A DNA stretch of 64,000 nucleotides from Pirellulales bacterium (GCA_040901675.1 JBBDYJ010000031.1:57220-121219); one strand, 5' to 3'; numbered from the stretch's first letter, positions 34,056-45,649 are shown. The notes: generated by a model not told the origin, from the sequence alone. Made by a program: numbers and translations.

Positions 34056-34667
34056 CTAGGTCCTGAGCTCCGACATCGGATCGAGGTGGGCGTGAAGGCC
34101 GTCGCCCACCTGGTTCACGCTGACCGTGTGCCAGAAAAGGCGCTCCAGCTCCGCCGCCGGCAGGTGCATCCGGTACACCAAGGCCCAAGCGACCGCGGAC
34201 ACCCCCTCCCAACACCCCGGCTGGGTCAGGGCGGCCTCCGTCCGGGCCAACAGCCGATCGAGGTATGCCATCCGCCGATGACTTCGACCCGGCAGACACG
34301 ACATCAACGCCCGCGCTTCGCCGAACATCCGCGCGCGATCCACCTCGGCCGCAATCGCGCCGGCCACCTGGGGCGGCTGCCTGAACTCGGCTTGACCGGC
34401 CTGTGCCGGCGGGCGCGGCGATGGTTGAATGTCGAGCGAACGAATCTCAGCCAGCAGCCCGGCGAGCCCGATCATGATGTCGGCTTCGAACTGGACCTGG
34501 CCGGGCTTGCAGACGTCGGGCGACCGCCGCCGCCACCCGTCGCCCGGCCCCGTGCGATTGAACATCAGCGACACCGGGCCGGCCGGCCGGCCGAGGATCA
34601 AGGCCATGCAGGCATGGCCCGCCTCATGAAATGCGTGGGCGAGTTTGACGCGACAGGTATAGCCCAT
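34056..34667 (-). CDS. Stand-alone peptidase M41-like (HEAGH) zincin domain protein
   Basis: AFHEAGHACMA and IMIGLAGLLAE, as in the FtsH protease domain; no AAA or TM domain. Confidence 0.65.
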   Translation of the reverse strand: MGYTCRVKLAHAFHEAGHACMALILGRPAGPVSLMFNRTGPGDGWRRRSPDVCKPGQVQFEADIMIGLAGLLAEIRSLDIQPSPRPPAQAGQAEFRQPPQVAGAIAAEVDRARMFGEARALMSCLPGRSHRRMAYLDRLLARTEAALTQPGCWEGVSAVAWALVYRMHLPAAELERLFWHTVSVNQVGDGLHAHLDPMSELRT

Positions 34668-34979
34668 GGAAACTGCTCGCCGGAGATAGTCCGGGTCTAT
34701 TAAAACCCTAGCTCACCTGGCCGGCTGGGAAGGGCCTCGGGGCTGCCTGGGCGTCGAATCCCCAAGGCGCTCCATCAGTTGGAATCACGGCACGGATTAA
34801 TCTGCTGGGGCAGGTCGTATGGGGCAGGTCGTAACGCCGGTGCCCCGTCGCCAAGGGGGTCGCGACTGCCACACCCGGCTGGGCCACTGCGGCGCCAGCG
34901 GATATAGTGAAGGACAGCCCACGGCCCGTGGGCGAGCTTGCACCAGCCCTCCGCCATCCCGCCCGTTGGCCAGCCAAGA

Positions 34980-37850
34980 ATGAACGAACCTTCGAGCATT
35001 CGCGCGAGCATGTTGGCGGCCTCGGTGTTGGCGGCGGCCGCGTGCCTCGTCGCAGCAGCTAGCCGGGTATCAGGCGGCGAAGACGGCCGGCAGCGCAACG
35101 ACATCCAGGCCGATGGTCCGGGCGAGGAGTTCTTCGAACGGCGCATACGGCCGGTGCTGGCCGAGCATTGTTGCGCCTGCCACGGTGAAAAGAAGCAGGA
35201 GTCCGGCCTGCGGCTCGACCAACCGCAAGCAGCACTCGAAGGAGGCGAGAATGGGCCGGTGATCGCCGCCGGCGATCCCGAGGCCAGCCGGCTCGTGCAA
35301 GCGATCCGCTATCTGGACGACACGCTGCAGATGCCTCCCGACGGCCGGCTGAGCGACGAGGCGATCCGCGATCTCGAGGAGTGGATCCGCCAAGGCGCTC
35401 CTTGGCCGCAAGGGGCCGGTGTTCGGGCAGAGACGGGCACTGATGCCTGGCGATCGCATTGGGCCTTCCAGCCAATCGGCGATCCGGAGCCGCCGGCGGT
35501 GAAAGACACAGCCTGGCCGCGAACGCCGATCGACCAGTTTATCCTGGCCCGCTTGGAGGCGGCCGGCCTGGCCCCGTCGCCTGCCGCCGACCGGCGAACT
35601 CTCTTGCGGCGGCTAACATTCGGCCTGACCGGTCTAGCGCCCACGCCGCAGGAGATCGACGATTTCGTCAACGATCCGTCCGACGAGGCACTGTCCCGCG
35701 CCATCGACCGCCTGCTCGCGTCGCCGGCCTACGGCCAGCGCTGGGGCCGGCATTGGCTCGACGTGGCCCGCTACGCCGACAACAAGGGGTACAAGTTCTT
35801 CGGCTCGGACGAATTTCATGGCTACACGTTCCGGGACTGGGTGATCCAGGCCTTCAACGACGACTTGCCGTACGACGAGTTCATCCTCCAGCAGTTGGCG
35901 GCCGATCGCCTGCTGGCCGAACGCGGCATTGCCGACGACACGCGCTCATTGGCGGCCATGGGCTATCTGACCGTGGGCCGCCGCTTCCTGGAAGACCTGC
36001 ACGACATCATCGACGATCGCATCGACGTCGTGACGCGGGGCATCTTGGGTTTGACCGTGACCTGCGCCCGCTGCCATGACCACAAGTACGATCCGATCCC
36101 GACTGCCGACTACTACTCGCTGTACGGCGTGTTTGCCGGCTCGATGGAAAAGACGCGTACGCTGTATTCTGCCGCCAGCCAGACCGAGGCCGAGCGCGAG
36201 CACGAATGCCAGCTTGCAGCCCGCGAAGCGGAGCTGGACCAGTACTTCGAGAAGCGGCACGCCGAGCTGTTGGCCGCCTTCCGCTCGCAAGTGGCCCAGT
36301 ACCTGCTCGAGGGACACAAGGCCCAAAGCCTGCCGCCGACCGATCGCTTCATGTTCGTCGAGGAGCCGGACAAGCTGAGCCAGTTGGTGATCGGCAACTG
36401 GCGGGCCTTCCTCGATCGCACCGAGCGCGGGCACGATCCGGTGTTCGCCGCCTGGCACGCCTTTGCCGACTTGCCGCCATCCGACTTTGCCGCCAAGGCG
36501 CCGGCCATCGCGGAAGCCATCCGTGCCAACGCCGATCCCGCGCGGCCGATCAATGCCCGGGTGGCGAGCCTCTTCGAAGGCGCCGCTCCGGCGAGCCTGG
36601 AAGAAGTGGCTGACCGCTACGGCCAGTTGCTGGCCGGCGTCGAGCGGCAGTGGAAGGAGACGCTTAGCGAGGCGGCCGCTGCCGGCGGCGAGCCGCCCGC
36701 GCGATTCGAAGACGACGCGCTCGAGCCGCTGCGGCGCGTGTTGTATGGCCCGCTCTCGCCGGTCGATGTGCCGATCACCGACGTGGAGTTCTTGGTTGGG
36801 CGGCCCGGCCAGGCCCAAATCAACGAGCTGCGCAAGAAGATCGCCGACTTCGTGGCCTCATCGTCATTGCGGCCGCCGCGGGCGATGATCCTGGATGAAG
36901 CTCCGGCCCTGTGTCTCCACCAGCCGCGGGTCTTCCAGCGCGGCAAGCCGAGCAATCTTGGTCCGCAAGTGCCACGGCAGTTCCTTGCCGTGCTGTCCGG
37001 CGAGGGGCGAAAGCCGTTCAGCCAAGGCAGCGGCCGGCTGGAGCTGGCTCGCGCGATTGTCGACCGGCGCAACCCCCTGACGGCACGGGTGATGGTGAAC
37101 CGCGTCTGGCTGGCACATTTCGGCTCGGCGCTGGTGCCGACGCCCAGCGATTTCGGCCTGCGCAGCGAGCCGCCAAGCCATCCCGAATTGCTCGACTGGC
37201 TGGCCACGCGTTTCATGGAGCAAGGCTGGTCGATCAAACAATTACACCGCTTGATCGTGCTCTCCAGCGTCTACCAGCAGCGCAGCGACGATCGCACCGA
37301 AGCCAGCCGCATCGATCCCGGCAACCGGCTGCTGTGGAGGATGAATCGCCGCCGCCTGGATTTCGAATCGCTCCGCGACGCGCTGTTGGCCGTGGCCGGG
37401 CAGCTCGATGCCGGTGCCGGCGGCCCGCCCGTCGACATCGTCAATCCGCCCTACAGCAAGCGGCGGACCGTCTACGGCTACGTCGATCGCACGAACTTGC
37501 CCGGGCTGTTCCGGACATTCGACTTCGCCATCCCCGACACCCACAGCCCGCAGCGGTACACGACGACCGTCCCTCAGCAGGCGTTGTTCCTGATGAACAA
37601 CCCGTTCGTGATCGAGCAGGCCCGGCACCTGGCCGCCCGGGGCGAAATCGCCGGCGAGGCCAACCCGCGGCGGCGGATCGAACGCCTGTATGCGATTTGC
37701 TTCGGCCGGCCGCCCGATCCGGACGAGATCGAGCTGGGCCTCGGCTACATCCATTCGGGCAGCGAGAGAAGGGCTGACCCGGAGCTCACGCCGTGGGAAA
37801 GATACTGCCACGCCCTGTTGTTGATGAACGAATTCGTGATGCTCGACTGA
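34980..37850 (+). CDS. Planctomycete cytochrome c + DUF1549 + DUF1553 protein
   Basis: FFERRIRPVLAEHCCACHG, MPPDG..WIRQGA, CARCHDHKYDP, PQQALFLMN. Confidence 0.95.
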   Translation: MNEPSSIRASMLAASVLAAAACLVAAASRVSGGEDGRQRNDIQADGPGEEFFERRIRPVLAEHCCACHGEKKQESGLRLDQPQAALEGGENGPVIAAGDPEASRLVQAIRYLDDTLQMPPDGRLSDEAIRDLEEWIRQGAPWPQGAGVRAETGTDAWRSHWAFQPIGDPEPPAVKDTAWPRTPIDQFILARLEAAGLAPSPAADRRTLLRRLTFGLTGLAPTPQEIDDFVNDPSDEALSRAIDRLLASPAYGQRWGRHWLDVARYADNKGYKFFGSDEFHGYTFRDWVIQAFNDDLPYDEFILQQLAADRLLAERGIADDTRSLAAMGYLTVGRRFLEDLHDIIDDRIDVVTRGILGLTVTCARCHDHKYDPIPTADYYSLYGVFAGSMEKTRTLYSAASQTEAEREHECQLAAREAELDQYFEKRHAELLAAFRSQVAQYLLEGHKAQSLPPTDRFMFVEEPDKLSQLVIGNWRAFLDRTERGHDPVFAAWHAFADLPPSDFAAKAPAIAEAIRANADPARPINARVASLFEGAAPASLEEVADRYGQLLAGVERQWKETLSEAAAAGGEPPARFEDDALEPLRRVLYGPLSPVDVPITDVEFLVGRPGQAQINELRKKIADFVASSSLRPPRAMILDEAPALCLHQPRVFQRGKPSNLGPQVPRQFLAVLSGEGRKPFSQGSGRLELARAIVDRRNPLTARVMVNRVWLAHFGSALVPTPSDFGLRSEPPSHPELLDWLATRFMEQGWSIKQLHRLIVLSSVYQQRSDDRTEASRIDPGNRLLWRMNRRRLDFESLRDALLAVAGQLDAGAGGPPVDIVNPPYSKRRTVYGYVDRTNLPGLFRTFDFAIPDTHSPQRYTTTVPQQALFLMNNPFVIEQARHLAARGEIAGEANPRRRIERLYAICFGRPPDPDEIELGLGYIHSGSERRADPELTPWERYCHALLLMNEFVMLD

Positions 37851-37866
37851 CGAGCAGGAAAAGTCC

Positions 37867-39297
<1,431 letters not shown>

Positions 39298-39404
39298 AGG
39301 TCGTTCCTGGTGGCGGGATCGGCAAGACTCACGACCCACCCGGTGCCAGCTTCACTGATGTAGCGTTTGACGATCGCACTGGTGTCGAGAAAGAATGACG
39401 CCAC

Positions 39405-39677
39405 CTAGCGCCGCTCCTCAATGACGGTTTCCGAAAGCGGCTTCCCCTCGATCTTGAAAGGTTGTCGGTTCCTGTACGGCTCGAAGTCCGTTATTGGCGG
39501 CTTCACTTCCTTGAGCAGGCCAGATTGAATCAGGCGCCGATGGAGCTCTTCCTTGGGCGATCGCTGCCCAAACGAGGGAGAGGACAGTTCCTCCTCGAGT
39601 ACCGTCCGGATGCGCTGTTGGTCCTCGGGAGGGAGCCCACGCACCTCTTCAATCAGTTTGTCGATGTCGGTAGCCAT
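39405..39677 (-). CDS. Putative antitoxin of a VapBC-type pair
   Basis: MATDIDKLIEEVRGLPPEDQQRIR ... GKPLSETVIEERR, a typical antitoxin C-terminus abutting a PIN gene. Confidence 0.8.
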   Translation of the reverse strand: MATDIDKLIEEVRGLPPEDQQRIRTVLEEELSSPSFGQRSPKEELHRRLIQSGLLKEVKPPITDFEPYRNRQPFKIEGKPLSETVIEERR

Positions 39678-39858
39678 GCCGCGCCCTTCCGATCGCAACC
39701 TTTCATCTCATCTTTTCAATTCTACGGTCAAAAGCCGGAAAGAGCCAACACGATAGGGCTGACAGCCGTCAGAACGTGATCTTTGCGTTGGGCAGGGCCT
39801 GCTGAACCTGCAGGGCGCGGGCGGCGGTGACACGGGACTGCTTGAGTTGATGCTGGGC

Positions 39859-41370
39859 TTATGGAACCGGCAGGACCACGAAGACGCCGAACTCGGGCTC
39901 GGTGACGGGCAGCGGATAGTCGGGCATGCCAACGGGTTGAACCGGCGGGGTCGGCCTCATCGGCAACGGCACGGGACGACCTTCGTACGTGCCCTCCAGG
40001 ACCGGCGGCCCAAAAAAATCTTGAGCGCTGACGATTCGGTATCGCATCCCGTCGGAGAGCACCTGACCCAAATCCAGGTCGACCGTCTCAGCCTTTTCCC
40101 AATTGTAAACCACCACGTGGGCGCGGCCGGGTTCGTACCGGTTGGGGCGGACGAACACCCGGTTGTCGGGCCGCCCGTCCTGTACCAGATGGCTCCGGTG
40201 GTCCAGGCCGGTGCCTTGCCTCCAGGCATTCAGGTCGAAGTCCTTGGTCGCTTCGCCTTCGAGAACGGAAAAGGCGGGATACTGATTGCCGCTTCGGAAG
40301 TACGTATTGGCATCCCACTGGTATGCGGACGTCTTGAATTGCCGCGGATTTTCGAAGCGGACCAGAGTATTCTGCCCGACGATCGTGTTGCCTTGCAACG
40401 TGAGCTGCTCGAAGTCGCGGACGTACAGGCCGCCCGCGATGTAATTGTCCTCGACCGTCGCGTCGGCGTTCGACCCACCCCAGTAATAGCCCAGTTGCAA
40501 CGAGCCGCCATAGGTGGCGTTGTCCTTGATCGTCACGCGTTCGACGCGGGTGCCTCCGCCGACCATGATGCCGGGGCTGCGGTCGTCGAGATTGGCCAGG
40601 CAGCCGTTGTTGAAGCAGGCGTTGCCTTCGATCAAGAAGCCGCTCAGGAAGGCCTTTTCGGAGCCATAGCAATGGATGCCGTAGCCGAACTGGTTGAACA
40701 TGACGTTATCGATCAGCCGCTTCGTCCCGTGCCGGTTCTGTGCGTAAATGGCATGGCCGTGTCCCCGGTCGGGTCCTTTCCAGCCATTGTGGTAGATCAG
40801 GCAGCCGTAGACTTCGCCTCCGATGCCTGCGGACCAGAAACCAAAACCTCCGGCCGTGTCGTGCACGATCAGGTTGATGAACTTGACGTGCGAAGCGCGG
40901 CTGAACAAACCGCCGCGGCGGATGTCGTCCGGCCACGAGCCGCTGAGCTTGGTTTCGCGGCGAGGGTCCGAGCAGGTGACTTCAAAGCCCCAGAAGACCG
41001 AGTGGTCGCCGTCGACGTTGAACAAGCCGTCGTCGCGCTCGTCGCGCGGCCGCGTGTCAATAATTGCCCGCTCGCCGGTTGCTTGCCGCACCGTGACCGG
41101 CGACTCCTGGGTGCCTTCGAGCTTGCTGGCGAATCCGCCTCGATACGTGCCTCCGTGCAGCCAGACCGTGTCACCCGGCCCGATGCGCGCCTTGCCGGCC
41201 GGGTCGACGGCGCCGGACAGCGCCGTCTCGAGGTCCCATGGCGCATCGGGGCTGCCGTCGCCGGCCGAGCTGCCGCCCGGCGATACGTGGTACTCGGCCC
41301 CGCGGGCCGCGGTGCCCAAGAGCAGCACCCCAAGCGCCCATCCCAACTGCAGACAGGCAATCATGCGCAT
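39859..41370 (-). CDS. Secreted right-handed beta-helix (pectin-lyase-like) protein
   Basis: Signal peptide; YHVSPGG..GDGS...PW, PGDTVWLHGGTY; repeated I..N..F.N strands. Confidence 0.85.
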   Translation of the reverse strand: MRMIACLQLGWALGVLLLGTAARGAEYHVSPGGSSAGDGSPDAPWDLETALSGAVDPAGKARIGPGDTVWLHGGTYRGGFASKLEGTQESPVTVRQATGERAIIDTRPRDERDDGLFNVDGDHSVFWGFEVTCSDPRRETKLSGSWPDDIRRGGLFSRASHVKFINLIVHDTAGGFGFWSAGIGGEVYGCLIYHNGWKGPDRGHGHAIYAQNRHGTKRLIDNVMFNQFGYGIHCYGSEKAFLSGFLIEGNACFNNGCLANLDDRSPGIMVGGGTRVERVTIKDNATYGGSLQLGYYWGGSNADATVEDNYIAGGLYVRDFEQLTLQGNTIVGQNTLVRFENPRQFKTSAYQWDANTYFRSGNQYPAFSVLEGEATKDFDLNAWRQGTGLDHRSHLVQDGRPDNRVFVRPNRYEPGRAHVVVYNWEKAETVDLDLGQVLSDGMRYRIVSAQDFFGPPVLEGTYEGRPVPLPMRPTPPVQPVGMPDYPLPVTEPEFGVFVVLPVP

Positions 41371-41768
41371 GCGAGGCTCCTCTCGTGGAATTGAGCCTTG
41401 GCCACACCAGATCTATCAGGCTGCGTGCCCCTCTGCCAGGTTCCTGCTGGCGATGCCGGCCAGCCCACGAATTCGCGGCGCGTCCGGTTGGCGGGGCGGC
41501 GCCGATTGTGCGCTTGCAGGGTGGCAGTCATGGACGAGCCCTCCGACCGTTTGGAAGGCACGCCAAGCATAACCGTTCCTTTATGCGTTCACAAGGCGGC
41601 CTAGGCCGGACCGCCGCGCGCGACGGGAACGGCGGCGGGAGTCATCGACGAAAAGTGCCGCGGCGCGGGCCTTTTTCGCGAACTACACTTTTGGGGGGAA
41701 GTGGGCGCGCTCGCATCTGCCTTTCTGCGGTCCGGCCCCTGTTGCCGCTCGAACGAGGTTTCCTGGAC

Positions 41769-42719
41769 GTGGCCAAAGCCCGAACGCTGCTGCCCGTGGC
41801 GGTCGACACGCTGTTTGCGCCGGCAACGTTCGATTTTGACCTCTATATTCGACCCGACCCCAGTGGCCCGGCGCTGTTATACCGGGAGCACAGTTTCCCT
41901 TTCGAACGCGGCGACGTCGATCGGCTGATGAGGCGCGGCGTGACCACGCTGTACATTCCCGACACCGGGGCCGCCAGCTACCAGCGTTACGTGCACCAGG
42001 AGATCCTGAGCAACACCTCGCTGCCGCCCGGACAACGGTTCGAGGCGTTGACCGCCGCCGGGCGAATGACGTTTTACGAGGCGTTTGCGGACGGGCAGGT
42101 GGACCGCATGATCGCCTTTGCCGAGGATCTGGCCGGCCGGGTGGTCGACATCCTCTGCCAGCGCGAGATGGTGCTCTTCGATCTGTTCCGGGTGATGAGG
42201 CACGACCATCACACGTACACCCACGTGACCAACGTCTGCGGATACTGCCTGGCGCTGGCCGAACGGGCGGGAGTGAGCGATCGGAACGAACTGGCGTCGA
42301 TCGGCGCCGGCGCCCTGTTGCACGACATTGGCAAGCGGCACGTGCCCAGGTCGCTGTTGAACAAGCCGGGGCGGCTGACGGATCCCGAACGCGAAGTCAT
42401 CCAGCGGCATCCCTCGGTGGGCTTCGAAGAGTTGTCGCCGCGGCAGGATCTTTCCTGGGGTCAGTTGATGATGGTCTATCAGCACCACGAGCGTCTGAAC
42501 GGGCGCGGCTACCCGGTCCGCTTGCAGGCCGATGAGATCCATCCCTGGGCCAAATTGTGCGCCGTGGTCGACGTGTTCGACGCGTTGACCTGCCAGCGGC
42601 CGTATCGGCGGCCTTGGCCGGTGAAGGAAGCGATGGCGTATCTTCATGAGCGGGCGGGAAGCGAATTCGATAAGGAAATGGTGCAATGCTGGATGGCAGC
42701 GATGAACAGCGCTCGGTAG
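41769..42719 (+). CDS. HD-GYP c-di-GMP phosphodiesterase family protein
   Basis: HDHHTYTH, LLHDIGK, HHERLNGRGYP, VDVFDALT..RPYR; GTG start with GAGG upstream. Confidence 0.9.
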   Translation: MAKARTLLPVAVDTLFAPATFDFDLYIRPDPSGPALLYREHSFPFERGDVDRLMRRGVTTLYIPDTGAASYQRYVHQEILSNTSLPPGQRFEALTAAGRMTFYEAFADGQVDRMIAFAEDLAGRVVDILCQREMVLFDLFRVMRHDHHTYTHVTNVCGYCLALAERAGVSDRNELASIGAGALLHDIGKRHVPRSLLNKPGRLTDPEREVIQRHPSVGFEELSPRQDLSWGQLMMVYQHHERLNGRGYPVRLQADEIHPWAKLCAVVDVFDALTCQRPYRRPWPVKEAMAYLHERAGSEFDKEMVQCWMAAMNSAR

Positions 42720-43117
42720 CCGATGCACTGGCCCTGCTGCCATGCGATATCGAGCTGCCCGCCAAATGGAACGACTTTTTCAAGCGGACCGGGATGTTGC
42801 CCTGCATGCGGGGCGACCGGCGGCGATTTACCCGCTCCTTTCATCGGGCCCAGGCCGCTCTGGAGTACCGGCAAACCTTGCCGCACCTGGCCCGGCCGGC
42901 CATCTGGTATTGCGTGTACACCACGGACATCACGAGAAAGTCGATCGGCTTCCTGCACAGCGAGCAGCTTTTCCCCGGCGAGCGGATGCGGATGATGCTG
43001 ATCGACGGCAGCGAGCGGATTGTGCACGTCGTGCGATGCCGCCGGATCCGCAACCGCTGCTACGACACCGGGGCGCGGTTCATCGACGGCTTTGATGCAC
43101 CCTTGTTACAGGATTGA
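42686..43117 (+). CDS. PilZ-like domain protein
   Basis: DRRRFTR (RxxxR) and TDITRKSIGF (degenerate DxSxxG); overlaps the HD-GYP stop. Confidence 0.7.
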   Translation: MLDGSDEQRSVADALALLPCDIELPAKWNDFFKRTGMLPCMRGDRRRFTRSFHRAQAALEYRQTLPHLARPAIWYCVYTTDITRKSIGFLHSEQLFPGERMRMMLIDGSERIVHVVRCRRIRNRCYDTGARFIDGFDAPLLQD

Positions 43118-43120
43118 CGG

Positions 43121-43522
43121 CTAGGCCGGACCGCCGCGGGCCGGATAGCTGCCAACCTCCACGTGGTGGCCGTCCGGATCACGAAAGAAGACCTGTTTGA
43201 GTCCCGTGTCGGCCTGGATGTTCACCCGCCGCTCGACCCCATGCTCGGCCAGCAACCGCTCGACCGCGTCTACGTCGTCCACGAGAAAAGCCAGGTGATC
43301 GGCCCGGGTTTGAATTTCGCCCCGGGGTCCGGGGAGCGAGCCGTCGGTGATCAGGTGAATCTGGAGGCCATAGTTCTCCAGCCAGGCGCCCGGGAACCGC
43401 AGGTCGGGGCGGGGAATTTCGCGAAACCCCAGCACGTCGCGATAAAAGGCCCGGCCCGCTTCCAGCCGGTTGGTGAGCCGCGCCACGTGGTGCAGCGCAC
43501 GGATGGGTAACGGCGCAGTCAT
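43121..43522 (-). CDS. VOC/glyoxalase family protein
   Basis: LHHVAR, FYRDVLGF, QIHL, HLAF, QVFFRDPDGHHVE. Confidence 0.92.
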   Translation of the reverse strand: MTAPLPIRALHHVARLTNRLEAGRAFYRDVLGFREIPRPDLRFPGAWLENYGLQIHLITDGSLPGPRGEIQTRADHLAFLVDDVDAVERLLAEHGVERRVNIQADTGLKQVFFRDPDGHHVEVGSYPARGGPA

Positions 43523-43823
43523 GATGGTTTCAAGGGGGAGTGGCGTTTTCGGTGGCAACGGTTCGCATCACATCATAGCCGAGCGGCGGAAACCCTGACA
43601 GCCCCGCCCGGATTGCCGTCATCCGCGGTACAACCGCTACCGCCGCCGGCCGGAATAGCAAGGCCGGCGCACGACGAGTCTCGATTGCAACCTACATTTC
43701 GAAAAGAAGTGCCGTACCGCCTGGACCGGTCCGGCCAGGCTGGACCGCGTTGGTCGCGAGATAGCCAGCGAGCGCCGTGCCCTGAGTTGCGGCGCGATTT
43801 TACGCCCTTTGTGAGACTCCGAG

Positions 43824-44327
43824 ATGAATCAGAACCGTGAACCGCGCCGCCGCCGGCTGGTGGATCACTTTCAATACAAGCTGGTCGCCAGGGTGGTTGG
43901 CTACTGGGCGGTGTACCAGCTTACGCTCTGGAACGTGTTGTTCTGCTGGCGGCTGCTGGCGGAGGGCAAGGGCAACCTGGTCGAGCAATACGGCCGGTTC
44001 TGCACCGAGTACTATCCGCTCTGGATCTGCTTCCTGGTGCTGGTGCCCGCCTTCGCCTGGGACGCGGCCCGGTTCTCACATCGCGTGGCCGGCCCGATTT
44101 ATCACTTCCGCCGCGCCATGCGAGACGTCGCCGCCGGCAAGCCGGTCGAGTTGATTCAGTTGCGCGACAGCGACGCCTTAATCGAAATGCAAGCCGACTT
44201 CAACAACATGCTCGAATCGCTGGCCCGGCGTGGTCTGGCGATCGAGACACCCGGCCCGCAGGCCACCGAATCGGCAGCAGGGGCAGACCGGCGCGACGAT
44301 ATGGTCATCAAGGCACGCTTGCAGTGA
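43824..44327 (+). CDS. Two-TM protein with HAMP-like segment
   Basis: Two TM segments, then SHRVAGPIYHFRRAMRDVAAG...LRDSD...FNNM. Confidence 0.75.
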   Translation: MNQNREPRRRRLVDHFQYKLVARVVGYWAVYQLTLWNVLFCWRLLAEGKGNLVEQYGRFCTEYYPLWICFLVLVPAFAWDAARFSHRVAGPIYHFRRAMRDVAAGKPVELIQLRDSDALIEMQADFNNMLESLARRGLAIETPGPQATESAAGADRRDDMVIKARLQ

Positions 44328-44686
44328 TCCGACCGCTCCAACCTTCGATCGGCGGCGCGAACTCAGCCGCAGCGCCGGGCCCGGCCGTGAGGCGGCAACG
44401 CCGCGGCGCGTGCGCGATCGAGTATTGCCTGGTGATTTCGCTGGTGGCCGTGGTGTTGATCGCCGGTTCCCAACATCTTGGCGTAGGTGTGGTCAATACT
44501 TTCGGCAAGCTGAGCGCGTTGCTGAGCGGTGACGCCGGCGACCCCGAGGCCGACAGCGGCGACGAGGGCGACGGCGACGAAGGTGGTGGCGACGAGCAAC
44601 CCGGTGGGGGCAAGGGCAGGGGCAAAGGCAAGGGCCTGGGCAAGGGCCTGGGCAAGGGCAACGCCAAGGGCCTGGGGGCTCGTTAG
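44324..44686 (+). CDS. Flp/Fap (type IVb/Tad) pilin-like protein with acidic and Gly-Lys tail
   Basis: RRG|ACAIEYCLVISLVAVVLI prepilin motif (E+5, Y+6); GTGA overlap with the upstream gene. Confidence 0.75.
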   Translation: MIRPLQPSIGGANSAAAPGPAVRRQRRGACAIEYCLVISLVAVVLIAGSQHLGVGVVNTFGKLSALLSGDAGDPEADSGDEGDGDEGGGDEQPGGGKGRGKGKGLGKGLGKGNAKGLGAR

Positions 44687-44689
44687 CTC

Positions 44690-45157
44690 TTAGATGCTCT
44701 TGTCCTTGGCCGGTTCGAAGACCTGGAGCTGCATCGGCAGAGGGTCGTCTTCCAGCATGCCCAGGGCGCAGACCCAGCGCCCGTCGCGCACCGTATACAC
44801 ATAGCCGCCATCGGGCACCTTGCGTCCTTTTCTGGGCCCCACTGTCATCACGCGGTTGGTCCATGTGAACACGCGGGCCCTGCCGACTTTGTCCAGCTTG
44901 AAGCCGCCCTCGAATGCGTATCGGACTTTCTCGTCAGGGTCGAATACAGTCACGGTTTCGTGCCAATCCTTGACTTCTTTCTCGATGCGCATCGGCTTCC
45001 CGTCCGGGAACCGGGTGGTCATCGACCAGCGTCCCTGCAGCAGGGCCAGTTCGTCCTTGGGCTTGTCCATCTTCTTGGACTGGCCATGTTCGTCCTGGCT
45101 AAACGAAACCAGCCCCAATGCCACAAGAGCCAATACGAGCTTGCAGCGGTTCTTCAT
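44690..45157 (-). CDS. Exported TIGR03067-like planctomycete domain protein
   Basis: Signal peptide, then ELALLQGRW. Confidence 0.6.
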   Translation of the reverse strand: MKNRCKLVLALVALGLVSFSQDEHGQSKKMDKPKDELALLQGRWSMTTRFPDGKPMRIEKEVKDWHETVTVFDPDEKVRYAFEGGFKLDKVGRARVFTWTNRVMTVGPRKGRKVPDGGYVYTVRDGRWVCALGMLEDDPLPMQLQVFEPAKDKSI

Positions 45158-45310
45158 TGCCTGGTCCCCCTAACCACCTCTGTCAAAGACAACCCCTTGG
45201 TCGGGCGCGGACATTCTAGCAGGTTCCGGCCGCTGGATGCAGCACGGCTGATTCTCCAGGTGCCGTGAGCCGCCCCACCGCCAGCCCCAAGGCTGCCGAA
45301 ACGGGCCGCA

Positions 45311-45649
45311 TCACGAGACCGGGATGGGCGAAAGCCTGTCGGCCAGCTCCGGCACCGCCGCGGCGATCGCGTCCTCGATCCGCTCCGCGGTGACAAACTC
45401 GATTTCTCGGCGGACCTGTTCGGGCAACTCTCCGACCAGCCAGTCCCGCCGCGTGCCGCGGACCGTCAGTCTGCGTCCTCGAAGCTCGACTTGAATCTCG
45501 TCCGGACGCACGCCGGCCAGGTCGAACTTGACCAGCCAGCCGCGGCGCGTGCGATACACGTCGGCCGAGGGGTGCCAGCCGGCCTGCTGGCACTCCTCCG
45601 TGGCCGAGACGAGCAGCGATCGCAGCATCTTTTTCGGGTTGTCGGGCAT
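45311..45649 (-). pseudogene. In-frame chimera of Hsp20 N-terminal half and Lon protease C-terminus
   Basis: WHPSADVYRT..WLVKFDLAGV..EIQVELRGRRLTVRGTRRD (alpha-crystallin) joined to ELPEQVRREIEFVTAERIEDAIAAA (Lon end). Confidence 0.75.
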
